A DNA stretch of 64,000 nt from Mobula hypostoma (GCF_963921235.1 NC_086097.1:243414001-243478000), one strand, 5' to 3'. Counted from the first letter of the stretch, positions 38,795 to 50,880 are shown. Made by a program: numbers and translations. The notes: a model not told the origin generated them from the letters alone.

Positions 38795-39550
38795 TGAGGC
38801 TCGCCGATGGTTGGGGTCAACCATGGATATTACATCCTACTTATCTACTTGATTCACAAGCTAGTGCAGCACGATACGGAGAGCAAACTGTTGCCCATGT
38901 AGCCGACTCCCCCTCTCCATGCTTCTGATAAACCCAAAGGAACGGCAGAGACCGATACAGTTTGACACCAGCAGCATCGCAGGAGCTGCCAGTTAGCGTT
39001 GAACTCAATGTAGGACTGCCTCAGAGACTTCAGCTCCAGATTTTTCTTTGGATTTTCCCCATGAGTTTTGTATAGCTGCAAGGCAGCAGAGGTTCGAGAT
39101 CAGAGTTTTCCTTCTCCTAGATGAGCTGCCAACCGCAGCTGATGGGCCCCATCTGCCCAGACTGACTGGTTTTAAGGCGCCAGTATCTCACCTTTGCTCC
39201 TTCTCCTCTCAGTAGAAAAGGTTCCGCTGGGCTTAGTAACTAAGCCACATGTGAAGGCCAGGAGCTGGACTTGGTTGTCAGATGCAAACACGAGGAATTC
39301 TACAGATGCTGGAAATTCAAGCAACACACATCAAAGTTGCTGGTAAACACAGGAAGCATCTCTAGGAAGAGGTACAGTCGACGTTCCTAGAGATGCTGCC
39401 TGGCCTGCTGCATTCACTAGCAACTTTGATGTGTGTTGCTTGGTTGTCAGAAGCTATTTGAGACACACGTCATTGGGAGCATTTAATAGAAGCTTGTCCC
39501 CACTAACCAACCCCCATTCCCACAGCCCCCAGCTATGACAACCTTAAGGA
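38795..39550 (-). mobile_element. Non-coding SINE-like repeat, possibly RTE-related; same family as 44216-44795
   Basis: Reverse complement aligns by eye with 44216-44790 (acaagct...aaatgctcccaatg...ctctgacaaccaagtc...agctcctggccttcac). Confidence 0.55.
39283..39438. mobile_element. Fold-back Penelope-like terminal-repeat insertion with 13-bp TSD
   Basis: TSD cttggttgtcaga at 39270-39282 and 39439-39451; arms agcaacacacatcaaagttgct / agcaactttgatgtgtgttgct match 48460-48522. Confidence 0.75.
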
Positions 39551-39722
39551 ACCACGATTAAAATTAAGTTTATCAAAAAAAGTTTAGAAAGATTTAAATT
39601 TAACTTCAGCAGAACTATACAGGTACAGCATGAGAACATAACGTATTGGTTTGATGATAAACCAGTTAGTTCTTATAAGGAGGCTGAGGGTTGTTATGAG
39701 AAGGTGGAAAAGGAAACACCAA

Positions 39723-40402
39723 GAGAGGAGAAGATGGCGGCGCGATGCAGCGCGCAGCAGCCACTCCGGTGATGAATATCTGTTATCTGTCAAGTAGGGT
39801 GCCATGCACAATTCTGATTTGATGGAGGCAGACGTGAGAGCATGGAGGAACATCTGGTGAAACTTCTGAAATGCCTGTTTCGTTGCCGCTGCTACTGTGT
39901 GATCCAAAATCTGTAGGGGGAAGGCCTCAAGTCCTGGGCTTTGCTTGTTGCTTGGCGGCCGGGGCGGGGTCGAAGTGCTCGGCAGAGATGGTGCTCAGTG
40001 CTTGGTGTTGGAGGGCTGGTCGGAGGCTCGAAGTTTTCGGACGGACTCAGAGTCGGCTGTGGTCGGCTGCTTCCAGGGTGCTGCATCGGCAAGTTTGCGA
40101 CACCGGAGGTTCATGGCAGGGAGAGTTTCTTCCTTCCACCGTCTGCGTGAGATGATGGGCTATCGGGACTGAGACTTTTTTTTACCGTGCCTATGGTCTG
40201 CTCTTTATCAAATTACGGTATTGCTTTGCACTGTTGTAACTGTATGTTATAATTATGTGGTTTCTGTCAGTTTTAGTCTTAGTCTGTCCTGTGTTTCTGT
40301 GATATCATACCAGAGGAACATTGTATCATTTCTTAATGCATACATTTCTAAATGACAATAAGTGAGGACTGAGTGTCCTCATAATCTAATCTACTAATCT
40401 AA
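39723..40402 (+). mobile_element. Unclassified GC-rich non-coding retroposon
   Basis: Starts aagatggcggcg; CpG-rich body; (aatct)n tail. Confidence 0.5.
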
Positions 40403-41174
40403 ATCAAGCATGTAGTTAAATAAGATTAGCTTCATTTGACACATGTACATTGAAACATGCAGTGAAGTGCATTGTTTACATCATTGTTCATGATGTAATG
40501 GGGGCAGCCAGCAAGTGCCGCCATGCTCCTAGCAACAACTTAACATTCCCACGGTTTACTGACTCATTCATCTTTAGAATGAGGGAGGAACCTGGAATCT
40601 CCTGAGGAAACATGTGGTCACAGGTAGAACGTAGAAACTCCCTTCAGACAGTGGCAGGAGTCAAAACTCCATTTGCACCTGAAAATTTTAAGCCCAGATG
40701 ACAACCCACTCACTTAAGCCTGACATGGAGAGAAAGAGGGGGCTGCTCATCTGGAGGTGGGTTTGGCACAGTGGCATTTCGAGGCCTTGCAGAGAAGGTA
40801 ACGCCACGCAGAGACGCAGTGGCTTCTCGGGCTCCCTATAATGATGCCATTTTTCAGTTCTTAGATGGTGTTTCAAAGTTTCTTGTCAGGGATTTCAGTC
40901 AGGCAAAGCTCCACGAATACAGGGCCACTGAACATTTAAACTAAGTGATTTTTAATTTGCCGGCAAGAGAGTTAATAGTGGTGCTCAATGGACTAAGGAT
41001 TCTATTCAGGCACTTCTTCAGAAAAAGTTGTGTTTTACCACCTGTCAAAAATTCAGGCACTTTATCATTCCCAGCAACAGCGACCAGACCTAAGCGGCTC
41101 AGCTGAGGGAGTGGCAGAAGCAGGCAGTGTAAAAGGAGCAGAAGCATGGCAAGAGAGCTGGGACACTATCTAGG

Positions 41175-41590
41175 CTGAGGTCTGGCCCAACCAGGCCGGT
41201 GGTACTAACATTTTTTACCTAGGCCAGGCCTAACCCAACCAGGCCGGTGGTACTAACATTTTTTACCTAGGCCAGGCCTAACTCAACCAGGCCGGTGGTA
41301 CTAACATTTTTTACCTAGGCCAGAAGCTGACTCGACCAGGCCAGCGGTACAAACACTTTCTACCTGGGCCGGGAGCTAACCCGACCAGGCCAGCGGTACA
41401 AACACTTTCTACCTAGGCCAGAAGCTGACTCGACCAGGCCGGTGGTACAAACGCTTTCTACCTGGGCCGGGAGCTAACCCGACCAGGCCAGCGGTATTAA
41501 CGCTTTCTACCTGGGCCGGGAGCTAACCCGACCAGGCCAGCGGTACTAACGCTTTCTACCTAGGCCGGGAGCTAACCCGACCAGGCCAGC
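41175..41590. repeat. Minisatellite, 47-48 bp unit, about 8-9 copies
   Basis: Unit like accaggccggtggtactaacattttttacctaggccaggcctaaccca, with variants changing along the array. Confidence 0.9.
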
Positions 41591-42454
41591 GCCAGCGGAT
41601 ACTGCAGCATTAGGACAAGAACTGTTCGGATGGGAAACAATTTATCTCTCCGGGCTTTGAGACTACTGAACTCCCTGCCACCACCCAAGTCTTTTTGCGT
41701 ACGAAGCGCCAGTAGTGCTGTACTGTTTACTTTTTAACTTATGTGGTAAATGCACCTTATTTTTTGTTAATTTATTTGTAGTAATGTTGCTTTTGTGTTG
41801 TGCATATGAGTTGAATGTAATCTGTTGTGCACCTTGGCCCATTTGGTGGTGTACATGTGTACCGTTAAATGGGATTAAGCTGAACTTGTTAATGTTCATC
41901 ACCGCTGTCTACATCTTCCTGAACGAAAATGCCGAGGGTCCACTGGGAGTGTTTACAATATTGTCAGCTGTCTACAAAACAAGAATCCAGATGGGTTCTT
42001 TATAACTGCATGAAACTTCAGTTATGTTAACCCGCAGGATATTTTACCCAAATGCACCAGTACGTCACCATGATTACTAGGAGAACAAATAGACAGGACC
42101 ACATTTATAAAAACAGACACGGTACTTGAACAAAGCAATCCCACACTCCCATGTTGGCCTCTCTGACCACATCTCCAATCTAAAATGCTATGCTTTGTAA
42201 CTTCAAAACATTAAACTAATTCAAAGGAAGTCACGGGAATTTGAAATGCAGGTCTAATTTAGAAAACAAGTACATATATATCACAATGTTGTGTCTGGAT
42301 TCCAGTTTAGCATGCAGCAGTCTTGTCCCACAGACCTTGATGAACAAACTCCTGCTCCTTTGTCTAAACATATCACTGTGCAGCTGGGTGTCGGACTTCC
42401 CAACCAACAGACCTCTGATAGTCAAAATGAGCAAACTGAACTGATGCTTCCTTT

Positions 42455-43415
42455 TCTCTCTTAATTCTCCGTAACTTCCGCCATCTCCAATAGGACCCCA
42501 CCACCAAGCACATCCTGCCTCCCTCCTTTCTGCAGGGGGATCGCTTCCTATGCAACTCCCTTATCCACTCATCGTTCCCCAAGTGGATCAAGTGCCACTC
42601 CTGCCCCTACACCTCCTCCCTCGCTACCATTCAGGGTCAAACAGTCCTTCCAGGAGAGGCAACACTTCACCTACGAGTCTGTAGGGGCCATCTACTGATC
42701 CAGTACTCCAGGTGTGGCCTCCTGTATATCAATGAGACCTGAAATAGATTGGGAGACTGCTTCATCAAGCACCTTTGCTCCATCCACCACCAAAAGCGAG
42801 TTCTCCCAGTGGCCAATTCTACTTCCCATTCATAGTCATAGTCATACTTTATTAATCCCAGGGGAAATTCCCATTCTGACATGTCAATCCATGGTCTCTC
42901 CTACTGCCAGGATGAGGTCACACTGAGGATGGAGGAGCAACACCTTATATTCTGTCTGAGCAGCCACCAATCTGTTGGCATCAACTTCGATTTCTTGAAC
43001 TTCTGGTAATTGCAGCCCTTCACACCCACCCTTCACCATTCCCATTCCTGTTTCCCTCTCTCACCTTATCTCCTTACCTGCCCATTGCCTCCCTCTGGTA
43101 CTCATCCCCCTTCCCTTTCCTCCATGGTCTTCTACCCTCTTCTAACAGATTCCCCGTTCGCTAACCCTTTATCTCTTTCACCAATCAACTTCCTAGCTCT
43201 TTACTTCAATCCTCCCCCCTTCCCGTTTCACCTATCACTGGCCACCCTCTTCTTCTGCTTCTTCTTCCTTCCTTCCTGCCAACTTCTTTATTCTGACCTC
43301 TCCCCTTATTTTGCAATCCCAGTGAAGGGTCTCGGCCCAAAACATCAGCTGCTTACTCTTTCCCGTAGATGCTACCTGGCCTGCTGAGTTCCTCCAGCAT
43401 TTTATGTGTGTTTCC
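42455..43415 (+). mobile_element. Penelope-like element 3' part (GIY-YIG endonuclease remnant and terminal repeat)
   Basis: CGLLYINET..RLGDCFIKHL and EEQHLIFCL...QSVGINFDF; terminal repeat with a degenerate hammerhead motif at about 43316-43352. Confidence 0.8.
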
Positions 43416-43723
43416 TTTTCTTTTCTCACAGATGCTGTCTGACCTGCTGGTCTTTCAGTATTTTCTGACCTTACCTTGAATTTCCAGTGCCTGCAGTTCT
43501 TTGTTGTTTGACCATAGAGTAAACTGTTTGAATATGGCGAGTTATGTGGGAGGGAAGCTTTTAATCTTGGACTAGGTTAAAAATTCATCACAAAATTGTA
43601 GACCGACAGACCTGTACTCTGCTGTAGTGTTCTGCATTCTATGTAGCAATAGAAACAATGGAGTGGACAGAAAAACTTTAGTCTGCAAAAGTAACATTTG
43701 ATTATTGTTTTCTGTTTTCAAAG

Positions 43724-43795
43724 GTGATCAGGGTGAAAAGGGTGACATTGGTGAACCTGGAAGATCAGGAAAACTGGGACCTCCTGGGTCAAAAG
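43724..43795 (+). CDS. COLEC10: Collectin-10-like coding exon 2 (72 bp, 8 Gly-X-Y triplets)
   Basis: Pyrimidine tract and aag acceptor at 43722-43723, GT donor at 43796, phase 1/1. Translates GDQGEKGDIGEPGRSGKLGPPGSK, in frame with exon 1. Confidence 0.88.
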
Positions 43796-44215
43796 GTATT
43801 GTAGGAGCCATGTATCTGCTTACTGTCTGTTTGTATTACATGGTGCTGTGCATCAATTCTCTGCGTTAAGGTAATCTGCCACATGGGTCTGGGTGGCACT
43901 AGAATTAAATAAACATAGTCTCCTGTTCACTTAAGTGGTGACATAGAGAAGGGGTGAGTGAGGAACATATATATTTTGTTGACCGTTCATCCTTGTTTGA
44001 ACTTGCTTGTCTCACTCATTCCTGTTTTGCATGAATTACGGAAGAATCGAATAGTTTTATTGTTGGTTTCGAAAAAAGGTACTTTTTCGAATTGGAATTC
44101 AGTTAGTTGAAAGTGCGTCATACTGTGAGATACTTCCTCACTTAGCCTACCAACGACTTTTAGTTTGTTTTCAAGTAGTGGCTGAAGGTATTTTATAAAT
44201 TCCTTTAGGTTCTTA

Positions 44216-44795
44216 TAGCTGGGGGTGGTAATGGGGACAAGCTCCCACTACCTAGTAAATGCTCCCAATGGCGTGCTCCTCAAATAGCCTCTGACAACCA
44301 AGTCTAGCTCCTGGCCTTCACGCGTGGCTTGTCTGCTAAGCCGTGCAGAACTGTTTCTACTGACGGGAGAAGGACTAAGTGCGGGTTATTGGCACCTTTA
44401 AACCAGTCGCTTCAGGCAGATGGGGCTTGTCAGCCATGGTTGGCAGCTCGTCTAGGAGAATGAAAACTCTGATTTCAAACATCCACTGCCTTGCGGGTAT
44501 ACCCACTCATGAGGAAGGCTTCGGGAGTAAACTCTGAGGGCAAAATCCGGAGCTGGAATCCTAAGGAAGTCCTATAATGGATTCAGTGCTGACTGGCAAC
44601 CCCCACCATGCCACTGGTACCAAACTGTATCGGACTCTACCGTTCCTTTGGGTTCACCAGATGCGTGGAGAGGGGGAGCCTGCCTTATGGGCAATGCCTT
44701 GCTCCCCATATCGTACTGCCAAGGCTTGTGTATCTAGACAGCTAGAACACAATATCCATGGTCAGCTCTGACTGACGGAGGCCTCACTCACTCGC
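44216..44795 (+). mobile_element. Non-coding SINE-like repeat, possibly RTE-related
   Basis: Homologous to 38795-39550; (ctca)n tail. Confidence 0.55.
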
Positions 44796-44934
44796 TCACT
44801 CATTATATATTTCCGTATGACTTTTAAGTTTATTGCTATCTTATATGTGCTATTTGTGCTTTGTATTGTGAATGGCTGTTGGGACTATGTTTTGTATCTT
44901 GACCCTGGAGTAGTAACATTGTTTCATTTGGCTG

Positions 44935-45668
44935 TATTCAGAATCAGAATCAGATTTAAAATCACCAGCATATGTTGTGAAATTTGTTGTATTTGTGGCA
45001 GCAGTACTTTGCAATACGTAATAAAAACTGTAAATTGTGTGTGTATATATGTAAAATAGTTTGATTAACCAGTGCAAAATAGCAATAAAAAAGTAGTAAG
45101 GTAGTGTTCATTGGATCAATGCCATTCAGAAGTCAGATGGCAGAGGGGAAGAAGCAGTTCCTGAATTATTGAGTGTGTGCCTTCTAGCTTCTGTACCTCC
45201 TTCCTGATGGTAACAATGAGAACAAGGCATTTCTCCTTGAAGATGTCCTGGATACCGCGGAGTCTAGTGCCCATGATGGAGATGACTAAGTTTACAACTC
45301 TCTGCAGCTTGTTTCGATCCTGTGCAGTAGCCCCTCCCCTCAATACCAGACAGTGATGCGCCCAGTTAGAATGCTCTCCACAGTACACCTGTAGAAATTT
45401 GCGAGTGCCTTTGGTGATGTACCAAATCTCCTCAAACTCCTAATGAAATATAGCCACTGTCTTGCCTTCTTTATAAACTGCACCGATATGTTGCATCCAG
45501 GTTATGTCCTTAGAGATACTGACACCCAGGAATTTGAAATTGCTCACTCTCTTCACTTTTGATCCCTCTACGAAGATTGGCGTGTGTTCCCTTGTATTAC
45601 CCTTTCTGAAGTCCACAATCAGTTCCTTGTTTTTACTGACGTTGAGTGCCAGCTGGTTGCTTCGTCAC
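44935..45668 (-). mobile_element. Rex1/Babar-type 3' fragment
   Basis: ATAQDRNKLQRVVN; (ctgatt)n tail. Confidence 0.78.
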
Positions 45669-46102
45669 TTCTGTATGCCCTCTTATCACATGGCATGAAT
45701 GGGCATTCATGTATGGTTGAATAACAATCAAACTTGAACTTGAACCCAAACTGAACCCATTTTAACTGTAAGGTCGTAGAGCTTCATTGCTGTTGGTAAG
45801 ATTGCTAGATTGTACCTGTCAGACCTATGTAATGTGGCATATCAGTAACTATTTATCCGGGGATACAGGAGTTAAAAGTTGGAATCAGAATCTGGAGAAT
45901 TACCACTGCAATATGTTGTGAAATATTAGATCTAAGATAGATTCTTTCCCCCTTGGGCTTGTACGCAGTCCTTAAGGACTTAGCCAATCCATTCAGGGTG
46001 ACGGTACCAAACCCCTCTTGGGCTCAGTCATTGAAATCCACCATCCAGAATGCCTACCAGAGTCAGAATCAGGTTTATTATCGCTGACATACGTCATGAA
46101 AT

Positions 46103-46361
46103 TATTTATTTAGAGATACAGTATGGAACAGGCCCTTCTGGGCCACCGGACTGTGCTGCCCCAGCAACCCACCTGTTTAACGTTGGCCGAAGCACAGGAC
46201 AACTTGCAATGACCAATTCACCTATTAACTGGCACGCCTTTGGACTGTGGGAGGAAACTGGAGCCCCCGGAGGAAATCCACATCTTCATGGGGAGAATGT
46301 ACTTACAGAGTTGAACTCTGAGCTCTGGAATGCCCCGCACTGTAATAGGGTCGCGCTACCG
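46103..46361 (-). mobile_element. V-SINE/HE1-like SINE
   Basis: ctttggactgtgggaggaaactggagcccccggaggaaatcca core. Confidence 0.7.
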
Positions 46362-46750
46362 TAGAAACCATAGAAACCATAGAAAAACTACAGCACAGAA
46401 ACAGGCCTTTTGGCCCTTCTTGGCTGTGCCGAACCATTTTCTGCCTAGTCCCACTGACCTGCACACGGACCATATCCCTCCATACACCTCCCATCCATGT
46501 ATCTGTCCAATTTATTCTTAAATGGTAAAAAAGAACCCGCATTTACCACCTCGTCTGGCAGCTCATTCCATACTCCCACCACTCTCTGTGTGAAGAAGGC
46601 CCCCACTAATGTTCCCTTTAAACTTTTCCCCCCTCACCCTTAACCCATGTCCTCTGGTTTTTTTCTCCCCTTGCCTCAGTGGAAAAAGCCTGCTTGCATT
46701 CACTCTGTCTATACCCATCATAATTTTATATACCTCTGTCAAATCTCCCT
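46362..46750 (-). mobile_element. Young CR1 family B 3' end
   Basis: Near-identical to 3666-4055. Confidence 0.9.
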
Positions 46751-48227
46751 TACTGTGGCCAACTTGTTGTTTTACAGAGGCACTATAGAGCAACAGAAAG
46801 CAAAACTATAGATTACAATAAGAAATTTATTAAAAAAAAGTTCAATGCAAAAAGAGAGCAAAAGAGGCCCCGAGAACATGAATTCTGTAGTCACCCACAA
46901 TATAGCTTGTCTTCTGCCAAGTGAATACACGGGGGTGGGTCATCGACTCCACCCAACGTCCCCGGCGGAGGGCACCGGCTTTGGCGCTTCACTCCGGGCA
47001 GCTGTAAGTAGGCGACACTGCGGCTGTAGGCCACACAGCTCCCCCACTGCCCACCCCTGCTGCCTGCCAATAAATGGGAGAATCACGCTTGCAGCACTCC
47101 ACATTAACAATGTCCAAAAGGGGTCCTGCAACCAGAAGAAAAGCCACTAAGACATTCACTCGCCATTCGACTGCACATCTCCTTTGCTTACTGTCACCTG
47201 GGAAACCTGTCCGACGCAGGCAGCGTCTCGATCTGCACCAGGTCCGACTCCTCCAGTTACGCTGCCAACGGGGGGTAGACCTACAGTACTTTAAACTCTT
47301 AATGTCCAGCAGGATCTTACAATTGTAAAAAAAAATACAATTAAAACGTACGGTAGCACCCTTTGCGGACCCTATAGAAGCCACTGCGATTGCGGGCAAC
47401 TGCCGCAATAGGCACATAAATGTGAGGAAAATGGAAGGATATGGATATTATGTAGGCAGAAGAGATTAATATAGTTGGCCTTCTGATAACTAATATAATT
47501 GCTTTAGCACAATACTGTGGGCCGAAGGGCCTGCTTTTCTGCTACACTGTTCTACATTCCGTGTTCCCTGGCCTGATAAAAATCAGCTGCTACACAAAGA
47601 CTCAAGTCATGGAAAATACATTAGGATGAATAAACCCATTTATGTCTCCTAGTAATAGTGTGAATCCCCTAAGATTTATCAGTTGTTTTGATTCTTGTTC
47701 CTTTCAGTGAATATGATTCCTGTAACCTGCAGCCAACAGCGCGCAGCAGTCTGTGTCTGAATCATTTCGAAGAATGTAATTTATTCAAAGGACATTTATT
47801 TCAAAACAACCTGTTCCCTATTAATGATTGAGTAAACTAGTTCAGCCAAGTAGATTAGTCTGTAGTTTATTAAGCTTCCTCTTTCTGAATCAACAGCTTA
47901 ACATGTATAAGGTACAATAGCTTGTTTGTAAAAGGATCACATACCACCGAAGGCAGACGGACAAGAAAATTAAATTGTCAGTCAATTCAGTGCAGCCTTG
48001 ACGGGGCTTCCCTGCAGATGAAATTTTCAACAAAAGCCCCATTTTTCCCTCAGGTGGCTGTTCTCTGGCACGTATTTATCCTACACCCAATGTCTGAAGC
48101 AAGGTGTTTTCTGTGACATGTTGCTAAGCACAAGCTGGCTGTTAATGCTTTTCACATTACGTGACTGCATGCCATTCAACACGTTCTCCACTGACTTCAA
48201 TGTACCTTAAAACTTCACAGAAAGTAC

Positions 48228-48522
48228 CTTGCCCATCCTCTGGGTTCCCCCCCCACCCCCGTCTTTCTCCCTGGGCCTCCTGTCCCATGATCCTCTCATA
48301 TCCCCTTTGCCAATCACCTGTCCAGCTCTTGGCTCCATCCCTCCCCCTCCTGTCTTCTCCTATCATTTTGGATCTCCCCCTCCCCCTCCCACTTCCAAAT
48401 CTCTTACTAGCTCTTCCTTCAGTTAGTCCTGACGAAGGGTCTCGGCCCGAAACATCAACTGTACCTCTTCGTAGAGATGCTGCCTGGCCTGCTGCGTTCA
48501 CCAGCAACTTTGATGTGTGTGC
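48228..48522 (+). mobile_element. Penelope-like terminal repeat (pLTR)
   Basis: Pyrimidine-rich body, then a hammerhead motif and agatgctgcctggcctgctgcgttcaccagc, like the 3' end of 42455-43415. Confidence 0.75.
48425..48460 (+). ncRNA. Minimal type I hammerhead ribozyme motif (CpG-decayed)
   Basis: agtc-CTGACGA-a-gggt(ctcg)gccc-GAAAC-atc-aact: core boxes and stem II intact; stems I and III carry two G>A changes relative to aacgtcgact in the sister copy near 39375-39385 (minus strand). Confidence 0.7.
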
Positions 48523-48666
48523 TAATGCTTCCCTTGTCGTTTTGCTGTGACCATTTGCAATAATCAAACTGAGCAACGATTAGTGGAAATGAGTGGTGGA
48601 AGAATCACCTGGGATGCAGGCATGTCTGCGTATGCACAGACGTGGGTACATGTATGTGTGTGTATA

Positions 48667-49373
48667 TAGAAACATAGAAAACCTACAGCTCAATACAGGC
48701 CCTTCAGCCCACAATGTGTGCCAAACATGTACTTACTTTAGAAATAACCTAGGGTTACCCATAGCCCTCTATTTTTTTAAGCTCTGTGTATCTATCAAGG
48801 AACCTCTTAAAAGACACTATTGTACCCGCCTCCACCACCGTCAATGTGCAGTTGTGGGCTCCTTATTTTAGAAAGGATATACTGACAGGGTTCAGAGAAG
48901 ATTAATGAGAATGTTTCCAGGAATGAGAGGGTTACTGTAAGAGGAACATCTGGCAGCACTTGGGCTGTATTCCCTAGAATTCAGGAGAATGAGGGGGATC
49001 TCACAGAAACATTCTGAATGTTAAAAGGCATGAACAGATTAGATATGGCAAAGTTATTTCCCATGGTAGGGGAGTTTAGGACAAGAGGGCACAAATTTAG
49101 GTTTGAAGGACATCCATTTAGAACTGAGATGTGGAGAAATTACTTTAGTCAGAGGGTGGTAAATCTGTGGAATTTGTTGCCACGAGCGGCTGTGGAGGCC
49201 AGGTCATTGGGTGTATTTAAGGCAGAGATTGATAAGTTCTTGATTAGCCAGGGCATCGAAAGGTATGGGGAGAAGGCAGGGGAGTGGGGATGGCTGGATG
49301 AAGTGGATCAGCCCATGATTGAATGGCGGAGCAGACTTGATAGGCCGAATAGCCTAATTCTGCTCCTAAGTCT
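48667..49373. mobile_element. Minus-strand CR1 family D tail (48667-48840) fused to a plus-strand CR1 3' fragment (48845-49373)
   Basis: tagaaacatagaaaacctacag... followed by ORF 49018..49377 NYFSQRVVNLWNLLP. Confidence 0.8.
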
Positions 49374-49548
49374 TTAGAAATAACCTAGGGTTACCCATAG
49401 CCCTCTATTTTTCAAAACTCCATGCATCTATCAAGGAGCCTTTAAAAGACTTAAAAGTCTTAAAAGACCCTATTGTATCCGCCTCCTCCACCATCAATGT
49501 GCAGTTGTGGGCTCCTTATTTTAGAAAGGATATATTGACATTGGAAAT

Positions 49549-49941
49549 TACTCAGGAAGCTGAATAGTCTAAGGGTAGATAAATCTCCTGGACCAGATGG
49601 AATGCACCCTCGTGTTCTGAAGGAAGTAACTGTGGAGATTGCAGAGGCATTAGCGATGATCTTTCAAAAGTCGATAGATTCTGGCATGGTTCCGGAGGAC
49701 TGGAAGATTGCAAATGTCACTCCGCTATTTAAGAAGGGGGCAAGGAAGCAAGAAGGAAATTATAGACCTGTTAGCTTGACATCGGTGGTTGGGAAGTTGT
49801 TGGAGTTGATTGTCAAGGATGAGGTTACAGAGTACCCGGAGGCATATGACAAGATAGGCAGAACTCAGCATGGATTCCTTAAAGGAAAATCCTGCCTGAC
49901 AAACCTATTACAATTTTTTGAGGAAATTACAAGTAGGCTAG
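49549..49941 (+). mobile_element. CR1 family C RT N-terminal fragment
   Basis: ORF 49602..49949 is nearly identical to ORF 13630... Confidence 0.88.
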
Positions 49942-49944
49942 GCA

Positions 49945-50880
49945 CCTAAGAGACTCCATCCCATCTAAACCCCTCTCTCCGAGGAGATGCCAATCAATAT
50001 TTGGGAAATTAAAATCTCCCTCCACAACAACTCTGTTATTATTACACCTTTCCAGGATCTGTCTCCCTATCTGCTCCTCGATGTCCCTGTTACTATTGGG
50101 TGGTCTATAAAAAACACCCAGTAGAGTTATTGACTACTTCCTGTTTCTAACTTCCACCCACAGAGACTTCGTAGGCAATCCCTCCATATCTTCCTCCTTT
50201 TCTGCAGCCATGACACTATCTCTGATCAACAGGGCCACGCCCCCACCTCTTTTGCCTCCCTCCCTGTCTTTCTGAAACATCTAAAGCCTGGCACTTGAAG
50301 TAAACATTCCTGCCCCTGAGCCCTCCAAGTCTCTGTAATGGCCACGATACCATAGCTACAAGTACTGATCCACTCTCTAAACTCATCTGCTTTGTTCATA
50401 ATACTCCTTGCTTAAAATAGACACATCTCAAACCATCGGTCTGAGCTCGTCCCTTCTCTGTCACCTGCCTATCCTCCCCCTTGCACTGTCTCGAAGCTTT
50501 CTCTATTTGTGAGCCAACCGTCTCTTCCTCCGTCTCTTCAGTTCTGTTCTCACCCTCCAGTAACTCTAGTTTAAACTTTCCCCAATAGCCTTTGCAAACC
50601 TCCCCGCCAGGATATTGGTCCCCCTGGGATTCAAGTACAACCTGTCCTTTTTGTACATGTCACCACTGCCCTAAAAGAGGTCCCAATGATCCAGAAATCT
50701 GAATCCCTGCCCCCTGCTCCAATCCCTCAGCCATGCATTTATCCTCCATCTCACTCTATTCCGATACTCACTGTCGCTTGGCACAGGCAGTAATCCTGAG
50801 ATTACTACCTTTGAGGTCCTGCTTCTCAACTTCGTTCTTAACTCTTTGTAGTGTATTTTCAGGATCTCCTCCCTTTTCCT
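49945..50880 (-). mobile_element. CR1 ORF1 esterase C-terminus and ORF2 endonuclease start
   Basis: KVVISGLLPVP...INAWLRDWSRGQGFRFLDHWDLF; downstream gattttaatttcccaaatattgattgg (DFNFPNIDW). Confidence 0.82.

Noticed and set aside
41175..41590. CRISPR-like array or coding repeat
   Set aside because: No spacers; most units are 47 bp, so no frame is held and no ORF spans it.
46880..47420. GC-rich segment with overlapping ORFs
   Set aside because: No recognisable protein similarity or splice structure; probably an unclassified repeat, which I cannot assign.
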